The notes under the pieces are model-generated. The model was given only the letters and a program-made list of their open reading frames with translations, was not told where the DNA came from and ran no database searches. From a virus (taxonomy: Duplodnaviria; Caudoviricetes): DNA of 41,240 nt. Positions 35,123 through 41,240 of the stretch are shown piece by piece; the stretch's first letter is position 1; every line of letters starts with the position of its first letter. The stretch spans positions 1 to 41,240 of IMG/VR virus record IMGVR_UViG_3300019877_000002. One strand, written 5' to 3'. The position numbers and the translations under genes were made by a program.

Positions 35123-35292
35123 CCCAGCACCACAACCAAGCCTCGGTGCCCGCCCCCGTCGTCGCGGCGGTGTTTCACGTGGAACCTCACCCGGACCCGA
35201 TGGCTCGCCTGTTCATCGCAGAGATTGAGCGGCTGCGAGCAGAGATTGAGCACCTCAAGGCGCAGCTCTACGAACTAGGAAAGGGCCCATAA
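35119..35292 (+). CDS. Small coiled-coil protein
   Basis: AEIERLRAEIEHLKAQL; ATGA coupling. Confidence 0.5.
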   Translation: MTQHHNQASVPAPVVAAVFHVEPHPDPMARLFIAEIERLRAEIEHLKAQLYELGKGP

Positions 35293-35293
35293 C

Positions 35294-35677
35294 ATGGCGC
35301 TCACGCTCGGCGCGCCATCCGCCTCATTCCCCATCGCCACGGCCGCGCGCAATGCGCAGGCCGACGCCTTCACCACGCTCATCGCGACCGGCGGCGGCAC
35401 GGCGGCGTTGCTCTTGCGCAACAGCACGACCACGCTCGCCACGTTCAACCTGAGCAACACGCCTTTCGGGGCAGCATCGACCGGTGCCATCACCCTGGCA
35501 GGGGTGACGCTGAGCACCACGGCCTCCGCCGGCACGGCCACCGCCGTCGACAACTACCAAATCAAGGACCGCGCTGGCACCGTGCAGTGGGGCGGCGTCG
35601 TCACGGGCTCGGACACCATCACGAGTGGACAGACCGTGAACCTCACGAGTCTCGTCATCACCTGGCCCGCGTCGTGA
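35294..35677 (+). CDS. Tail fibre-associated small protein (paralog B)
   Basis: ARNAQAD...TTLATFNL..TPFGAASTG. Confidence 0.65.
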   Translation: MALTLGAPSASFPIATAARNAQADAFTTLIATGGGTAALLLRNSTTTLATFNLSNTPFGAASTGAITLAGVTLSTTASAGTATAVDNYQIKDRAGTVQWGGVVTGSDTITSGQTVNLTSLVITWPAS

Positions 35678-35685
35678 GCTGAGCC

Positions 35686-36582
35686 ATGGCAGCATTCGTC
35701 AGCGTCACCACCGGCGCAGCCTCGCGCTCGGTCACGGTGGCCGCTGGCACCGACCGCATCCTGGTTGCGGTCGCGCTCTACTCCTCGACGAACACCGCCC
35801 AATCGGCGACCTACAACGGCGTGGCGATGTCGGTGGCCAACACGGCCAACGGCTTCGTCCAGGTTTTCTACATGCTCAGCCCCCCGGTGGGCTCGGCAAC
35901 GCTCGCGGTCACGGGTTCATCCGTCGACACGGTGGTCGCCGCCCACTACACGGGCGTCGGCTCGTTCCAGGGCGGGCAGCAGGCGACGGGGGTGCCGAGC
36001 GCGAGCTTCTCGCCCAATACCGGCGGGGTCATCGTCTTCGGCATGGAGGCGGTCTCGACGACCCACACCCCCGTCGCCAACACCAACGAGCGCTACGACA
36101 CGGGCGGCGGCTACTACGCCGATCGCCTCGTCACGGGAGCTGGCGCCGTTACGGTGGGCGTGTCGACGGCGACCTCGCCCGACTACGCCGGGGCCATCTT
36201 CCTCGATGCCGGGGTCAACGCGAGCGGCACCCCCTCGGCGCCGCTCCCCGGCGTCAGTGGGGCCGCCGGCATCGAGGTCAGCGCGAGCGGCAGCGCTGCC
36301 GCCCCTGCCCCCACGGCGAGCGGCTCGGTCAACGTCAACGTCGTGAGCGTGGCCGGGTCGGTCTCGGCGCCTCACCCATCGGTGAGCGGGGCCGCAGGCG
36401 TGTCCGTCAGCGTAAGCGGCAGCGTCACGGTAGCCGCGCCCACGGTAGATGGCAGGGTGTCGGCGGCGACCCACCCCCGCTCGGTAGCGTCGACGAACGG
36501 GCCCCACACGAGCTCGGCCGCACGCGAGCCGACGTCACGCTTCACGGCCCGCACTGCGCGCGGCTCGGCCACGGAGGATTGA
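35686..36582 (+). CDS. Virion fibre-like protein
   Basis: DRILVAVA...TYNGVAM domain followed by ~20-aa SG(S/T)xxAPxPxVSG repeats. Confidence 0.65.
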   Translation: MAAFVSVTTGAASRSVTVAAGTDRILVAVALYSSTNTAQSATYNGVAMSVANTANGFVQVFYMLSPPVGSATLAVTGSSVDTVVAAHYTGVGSFQGGQQATGVPSASFSPNTGGVIVFGMEAVSTTHTPVANTNERYDTGGGYYADRLVTGAGAVTVGVSTATSPDYAGAIFLDAGVNASGTPSAPLPGVSGAAGIEVSASGSAAAPAPTASGSVNVNVVSVAGSVSAPHPSVSGAAGVSVSVSGSVTVAAPTVDGRVSAATHPRSVASTNGPHTSSAAREPTSRFTARTARGSATED

Positions 36583-36921
36583 ATGGCACACGTCGGACAA
36601 GACATCACTTTCGCCACCGTCTTCACCAATTCGAGCGACGTCGAGGCGGACCCGACCACCGTGCGGTTCCTCTTGCGCGAGGGCGTGGACGGCACCGAGC
36701 TCGAGTGGCTCTACAACGCCGCGCCCGTCGCCGGCACCCACTACCCAGTCGGGGCCAACGCCATGGTGAAGGACTCGACCGGCAATTACCACGTGCTCTG
36801 GCTGGCCCGCAAAGCCGAGCGGCACACGGGCTTCTGGCAGGGCGCCGGCACCATCAACCAGACGAGTCAGACGACTCTCTTTGTGCGGCATACGGACGTG
36901 GTCATCGTCGATGGCGTGTAA
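36583..36921 (+). CDS. Tail attachment/adaptor-like protein
   Basis: ADPTTV...KDSTGNY...WQGAG Ig-like pattern. Confidence 0.55.
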   Translation: MAHVGQDITFATVFTNSSDVEADPTTVRFLLREGVDGTELEWLYNAAPVAGTHYPVGANAMVKDSTGNYHVLWLARKAERHTGFWQGAGTINQTSQTTLFVRHTDVVIVDGV

Positions 36922-38860
36922 CGACCGGCAGCTCACCGAGGCCCAACGCCAGGCTGGCTACGACCAGCAGCGCACGGGAGTCGTGCGCGCTATCCGCCCC
37001 TTCAGCGGGCCGCAGACGCTCGAGAACCTCATCGACTACGTCAACCGCGAGCTCTGCCCTGCGGTGCGCACGACACGCGACAAGACGAACGAAGTCTTCA
37101 AGCAGGTCGCCGACAACGCTCCCTCCGCCAATCCACTCGCCTACTACTTCGCGACAGCCACGGCCAACGCTGACCCGACGACGGGGCGCATGCGCCTGAA
37201 CCAGGCGGTTCAGAACACGGCGACCATCGTCCGGGTATCGCAGAGCAACGGGCGGCAGCAGGACGTGACGCCCTGGCTCGATGTGATGAGTGGCGGACCC
37301 ACGACTCCGCTCGGGGTGCTCACGATGGTGGACGCCATCAACCCGAGTCGGTTCCTGCGCTTTGACCTCAACACGATGACGGACCAGGGGGCGTACTGGG
37401 ACCTCGGCGTCACCATCGTGGAGTCGAGCGACACCGACCCCTTCGTCGAGGGCGAGCCGGTCGTCATCGGCTTTATCGCGGGCGTCTCTGCCGCCGGGTC
37501 GACCATCCCTGTCGGCGCACTCAGTCCCGTGGCCCGCGACACGTTCCTCGGCAACATCGGCACGGTGACCGCGCCGCCCGCTGCCGTGCCCCTGGCCAAC
37601 GTCGACTCGACCAGCATCGTCTACGACGGCACGGCGCACGAGTTCCAGCGCGCTGCGCTCACGGGCTTCGTCGCGTCAGCCTTGAATGCCAACGCCAACG
37701 TGCTCGGGACCGGGGCGGCGGGCTCCAGTCTCTCCGGCGACGGCACGGCCACGATGAAGTACATCGGTGCGACTTCCAACGTCAACAGCGCCACCACTGC
37801 CGGCGACCTCAACGTCTTCGATATCACCGCGCTCGAGTGCGGTGGCGTTGTCACGCTCCAGGGCCTGACCGAAGCGAACATCGACGGCTTCACGGCGAAG
37901 CCCGATGGCTTCTGGTTCGTGCTGTCGGTGCGTGACGCCACAACCTCTGACTACGTCACGCTGATCGAAAACTCCGGCAACACCACGACCAGCATCCGCA
38001 CGCCGGGCATCCGGGACTGGAGGCTCTCCAAGAACGACGCGGTCATTCTGATCTACAGCAACACCCGCTGGCGCACCGTCGGCTCGGTGGCGAAGCTCTG
38101 GCTCGCGACCTCCGATAGCCCGACCTGGGCAGCGCAGCAGGACAACCTCACCCGCACGAGTCGTGGCACCACGAGTATCCGCGCCACCCTGACCGGCAAC
38201 CAGACTCTCACCGGCGTCGTACCGGACGGTGTCACACCCAACGGCGAGCTGCTGCTCATCAGCAACATCGACACGGTGGACACCCTCACCATCGCGCACG
38301 AGAGCGCATCGAGCACGGCGGCCAACCGCTTTACTCTCCCGAGCGCCCTGAACCTGAGTATTGCGCCGCGAGGAGCGATGCTCTTCCGGTACGACGACAC
38401 GAGCGCGCGCTGGCGCACGATGTCGGGCCCCTTCCCGGACATCCTAGCGGCCACCGCCAACACATTCACCAACACCAACACCTTTTCCAGCACCGTCGTG
38501 CATGGGGCGTCGGTCACGTTCGCCGGCACTATCAGCCCCGCCGCTATCGGCGCCAACCAGAACGACTACAACCCAACGGGGTGGAGCACGGCCAACGTCG
38601 TCCGGCTCTCAACGAGCGGCGGCACCACTCGCGACATCCAAGGGGCCTCGGCGGGCGCCTCGGGTGAGCTCAAGTGGCTGGTCAATCTCGGCCCTGACCT
38701 CATCCGGCTGCAGCATGAGAACGCGGGCTCCTCGGCGGCCAACCGCTTTCTCCTCACGAGCGGCACCACTTTCGGTATCCTGCTCAATGGGGTGTGCGGC
38801 ATCATCTACGATGGCACCTCATCACGCTGGCGGCCCATCTACCCGCAGCTGATCACATGA
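36911..38860 (+). CDS. Tail fibre / receptor-binding protein with three repeated C-terminal domains
   Basis: Three ~100-aa repeats, each ending Y...RWR; two contain HE...S(T/S)AANRF. Confidence 0.75.
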   Translation: MACNDRQLTEAQRQAGYDQQRTGVVRAIRPFSGPQTLENLIDYVNRELCPAVRTTRDKTNEVFKQVADNAPSANPLAYYFATATANADPTTGRMRLNQAVQNTATIVRVSQSNGRQQDVTPWLDVMSGGPTTPLGVLTMVDAINPSRFLRFDLNTMTDQGAYWDLGVTIVESSDTDPFVEGEPVVIGFIAGVSAAGSTIPVGALSPVARDTFLGNIGTVTAPPAAVPLANVDSTSIVYDGTAHEFQRAALTGFVASALNANANVLGTGAAGSSLSGDGTATMKYIGATSNVNSATTAGDLNVFDITALECGGVVTLQGLTEANIDGFTAKPDGFWFVLSVRDATTSDYVTLIENSGNTTTSIRTPGIRDWRLSKNDAVILIYSNTRWRTVGSVAKLWLATSDSPTWAAQQDNLTRTSRGTTSIRATLTGNQTLTGVVPDGVTPNGELLLISNIDTVDTLTIAHESASSTAANRFTLPSALNLSIAPRGAMLFRYDDTSARWRTMSGPFPDILAATANTFTNTNTFSSTVVHGASVTFAGTISPAAIGANQNDYNPTGWSTANVVRLSTSGGTTRDIQGASAGASGELKWLVNLGPDLIRLQHENAGSSAANRFLLTSGTTFGILLNGVCGIIYDGTSSRWRPIYPQLIT

Positions 38861-39477
38861 GCACGATCATCACGCTACCCGTGCGCGAGCACATCAACGC
38901 CACGCTGCGCTCGTCTCTCGAAGCCTGCGGCCTGCCCTGGCTGCCGGTGTACGGTATGAGCGACCTGCCGCGGGCCCGCTCGATGCTACTCACCGCCGCT
39001 CTGAACCACGGCGCCGACCGCATCGTCTGCGTCGATGCTGACATCGTGGCCACGGCCGAGCAGATTCAGACTCTCGCCGAGCACCCACGGGTCAGCGAGG
39101 CCGACGCCGTCACGGGCCTGTACGCGCTGCGCTCGGGCAAGGCGTGGGCGTGCCACGCGCCCGGCGCCGAGGACGAGAGCGACGGGTGCCGGCGGGCAGA
39201 GTACGCGGGGCTCGGCTTTGCGTGCATCTCACGCGCGAGCCTGCTCAAACTGAGCAGGAAACTGGCGGCACTGGAGGACCCAGAGGCGGGCGAGTGGTGG
39301 CCCTTCTGTGTGCCGTTCGTGTCTTTTTGGGGAGACCGGCTCGAGTACTGCGCCGACGATGTCTCACTCTGGCGTCGCTTGTGGGGCGAGGGTGTACAGC
39401 TCTGGGCAGATACCCGGCTCGTGGTGGGGCACCAGGCCCTCACCACTCTGATGTCACCGGTGGAGCAGGCACAGTGA
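38857..39477 (+). CDS. GT-A fold (GT2-like) glycosyltransferase
   Basis: SDLPRARSML...VCVDADI (DxD)...GLGF...CADDVSLWRR...WADTRLVVGH. Confidence 0.8.
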   Translation: MSTIITLPVREHINATLRSSLEACGLPWLPVYGMSDLPRARSMLLTAALNHGADRIVCVDADIVATAEQIQTLAEHPRVSEADAVTGLYALRSGKAWACHAPGAEDESDGCRRAEYAGLGFACISRASLLKLSRKLAALEDPEAGEWWPFCVPFVSFWGDRLEYCADDVSLWRRLWGEGVQLWADTRLVVGHQALTTLMSPVEQAQ

Positions 39478-39753
39478 GAGGTCAGGGCGCACCTCGATGA
39501 GCTCGGCACCGAAGTCGACTTGCGCCGGCAACGTGGCGGCGTCCACGTGCCGCATCTCTGCGCGCAACTCGACAGAGCCCACCCTGCCGCTCAACTTCTT
39601 GGACACGTTGACGAGGTCGCCTGACTGCCAGGCAACGAAGCCGAGCGGAGGCGGCTCGCAGGGCGACGGCTCCACGACGGCCGGGTCATCGGCTGCGCCC
39701 GCGCAGCCCGAGCACCCCGCCAGCAACAACATGAACACCACACCCAGTTTCAT
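39454..39753 (-). CDS. Lipoprotein on the opposite strand
   Basis: MKLGVVFMLLLAGC: signal peptide with LAGC lipobox. Confidence 0.7.
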   Translation of the reverse strand: MKLGVVFMLLLAGCSGCAGAADDPAVVEPSPCEPPPLGFVAWQSGDLVNVSKKLSGRVGSVELRAEMRHVDAATLPAQVDFGAELIEVRPDLSLCLLHR

Positions 39754-39778
39754 CCACTCAGTCTGACTCGCAGGGGTG

Positions 39779-39806
39779 ATACTGCAAGAGTACCAAATAA
39801 GTGCAA
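39779..39806 (-). promoter_or_regulatory. Putative promoter for the lipoprotein gene
   Basis: TTGCAC-N16-CAGTAT in an AT-rich gap. Confidence 0.4.
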
Positions 39807-39846
39807 CGCCTAGGGAAACACGGGAGAATACGAATGAAGGCCTCCA

Positions 39847-40149
39847 ATGTACGACCATCGCACCCTGTACGACGTGCTATTCGCGGCGCTTGGGCTTGGC
39901 TCGTATCTAGCCCAGAACACCTGGCGGCTTACTCGCGAGAGGAACTGCTGTCGCGAGCTTTTGCGCCGCGAGCAGCAGCGCAATATCGAGCAGCAGAACG
40001 AGCTTGTCAGGACTCTTGCCACGGCCTTCGCGAGCGGGGAGCCGCCCACGCTGGACGACTTGCTCTCTCACGCCGAGCGCGACTGGAGTCTGAAATCGTC
40101 CAAGACGCCACGCGCCACCGTGCAGTGGGTGCCGAGTAAAAAGGGCTAG
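39847..40149 (+). CDS. Single-TM protein, holin-like candidate
   Basis: N-terminal TM VLFAALGLGSYLA followed by a coiled coil; upstream of the endolysin. Confidence 0.45.
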   Translation: MYDHRTLYDVLFAALGLGSYLAQNTWRLTRERNCCRELLRREQQRNIEQQNELVRTLATAFASGEPPTLDDLLSHAERDWSLKSSKTPRATVQWVPSKKG

Positions 40150-40200
40150 CCCCTACCATCCACGAGCCGGGGGGGACAGCTCGTTGGGGACGGTAGGGGC
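40149..40200 (+). other. 52-nt imperfect hairpin starting at the stop codon
   Basis: GCCCCTACC/GGTAGGGGC and ACGAGC/GCTCGT arms. Confidence 0.55.
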
Positions 40201-40298
40201 CCACCCCGGAAAGCAAGGTACACGCTATGGACGGCCCTGCCAAGCACCCTCTGGTGCGAATGGCGCCACGCCCGGCGCGGGTGTATCATTCCGGTACC

Positions 40299-40517
40299 AT
40301 GCTGCAACCAATCCTCGGGGGCTGCGGGCTCGGCGTCGTGCTGTTCTTCCTCGGCGCCGGGGTCATCGGCGCGTGTAACGCTCCGTCGCTCCTGCAATGC
40401 CGTGTGGACGCCATAACGGCTCTCCCACTCGACCCGGACACCATCACCCTCGGGGATGTGAAGGAGGTAGCTCGGCGCGTGAAGGCCTGCCAGGCGCGGC
40501 CTGATGGTGGACTGTGA
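40299..40517 (+). CDS. Putative lipoprotein in the lysis region (spanin-like?); start uncertain
   Basis: Hydrophobic stretch ending IGAC. Confidence 0.5.
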   Translation: MLQPILGGCGLGVVLFFLGAGVIGACNAPSLLQCRVDAITALPLDPDTITLGDVKEVARRVKACQARPDGGL

Positions 40518-40867
40518 CCAATGAGATGCGGCCCCCGCCGTACCCTCCGCCCTTCCCCGTGGCGAGGGACGAAGTCACCCAGCCCGGCATCGGTGTCGAC
40601 ATGGAGAGGCTCACGCTCAAGCGTGAGAACATGCGGCTTCGGCAAGAGCGCAACGCTGCGCGCGAGCAGCTGACGAATGCGCTGACCTCGAGCGCTCCGG
40701 GCCTCGCGCCGCGGACCCGGGGGCAGAAGGCGGGGAAGGTAGCCATCGAGCTCGGCAAGTTCGCTGCCATGGCGCCGGTCCTGGTCATCGCGGGCAAGCT
40801 CGCCGCCAAGCACTGGCCCGAGTTCAGCGACTTGATTGACGCTATCCTCGGGGCATTCGGGCTGTGA
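40514..40867 (+). CDS. Membrane-associated lysis-region protein
   Basis: Coiled coil plus hydrophobic C-terminal segments; GTGA coupling on both sides. Confidence 0.55.
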   Translation: MTNEMRPPPYPPPFPVARDEVTQPGIGVDMERLTLKRENMRLRQERNAAREQLTNALTSSAPGLAPRTRGQKAGKVAIELGKFAAMAPVLVIAGKLAAKHWPEFSDLIDAILGAFGL

Positions 40868-41240
40868 CCCCTGAGGACGTCCGCGAGTTCCAGCGCTCCC
40901 ACGTGGACGTCTTCGATCGCCCGCTCAGTATCGACGGCGCGATAGGCCCGCTCACCCAGTGGGCGCTCGACTTGTTCAGCTGCAGCCCCCGAAGGCGCGC
41001 AGTCGTGCACCGGGCTCAGTCTGCCTTGGGTGTCACCGAGGACCCGCCCGGGAGCAACCGCGGTCACCGTGTCGACGAGTGGCTGCAGCGCTGTCACGTG
41101 TCCACGGGGCTGCCCTGGTGCGCAGCCTTTGCGTCCTGGTGCCTCGAGACCGTTGCCGTTGCCGGGGCTCAGGCCTTGGGTGCCCACTTCCCCGCCGTCG
41201 ATTCCCCTCTGCCGGGGGATGTGATGTGGTTCTCGACGGG
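40864..41240 (+). CDS. Endolysin with a PG-binding motif and CHAP-like peptidase (truncated by the window)
   Basis: Hand translation: LSIDGAIGPLT...ALGVTEDPPGSNRG...LPWCAAFASWC...PLPGDVMWF. Confidence 0.88.
   Translation, partial: MTPEDVREFQRSHVDVFDRPLSIDGAIGPLTQWALDLFSCSPRRRAVVHRAQSALGVTEDPPGSNRGHRVDEWLQRCHVSTGLPWCAAFASWCLETVAVAGAQALGAHFPAVDSPLPGDVMWFST

Larger units (their letters stand above)
1..41240. mobile_element. Temperate phage/prophage, podovirus-like, truncated at both window ends
   Basis: Integrase, terminase, portal, capsid, tail adaptor/nozzle, ejection proteins and endolysin in phage-like order; no tape measure or sheath gene recognised. Confidence 0.93.

Noticed and set aside
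13150-38556. Long minus-strand ORFs opposite structural genes (e.g. 13150-14664, 15908-17437, 21979-23250)
   Set aside because: Antisense shadows expected at high GC; no motifs or SD seen
37700-38860. Diversity-generating retroelement target in the tail fibre
   Set aside because: Repeats are diverged at protein level, no adenine-specific TR/VR pair was seen, and there is no reverse transcriptase in the window
1-41240. tRNA/rRNA genes, att sites, stop-codon reassignment
   Set aside because: No cloverleaf or T-loop context was noticed, att sites would lie outside the window, and genes are intact under the standard code

Overview
GC-rich temperate phage or prophage with podovirus-like (P22/T7-type) virion architecture. 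The window runs from a tyrosine integrase cut off by the left edge (missed by the ORF track) to an endolysin cut off by the right edge. Order: int/xis; a divergent switch with a LexA-DBD-only repressor; a rightward small-gene operon; a leftward array of small genes (4.8-8.8 kb) separated by ~60-nt imperfect hairpins; an alternating purine-pyrimidine tract with GGGTACCC (possible genome end or pac region); a second leftward operon of small Cys-rich genes; TerS candidate, PC4-like SSB, TerL, DUF3310, HNH, portal, GroES-like protein, scaffold and major capsid; tail adaptor and nozzle; four ejection proteins (one with an SLT domain); tail fibre/spike genes; a glycosyltransferase; an antisense lipoprotein; and lysis genes. 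No replication enzymes, tRNA, CRISPR or reverse transcriptase were recognised. The most unusual structure is the hairpin-punctuated small-gene array with its promoter and the adjacent Z-DNA-like tract. All calls come from motif recognition by eye; no database searches or folding programs were run.
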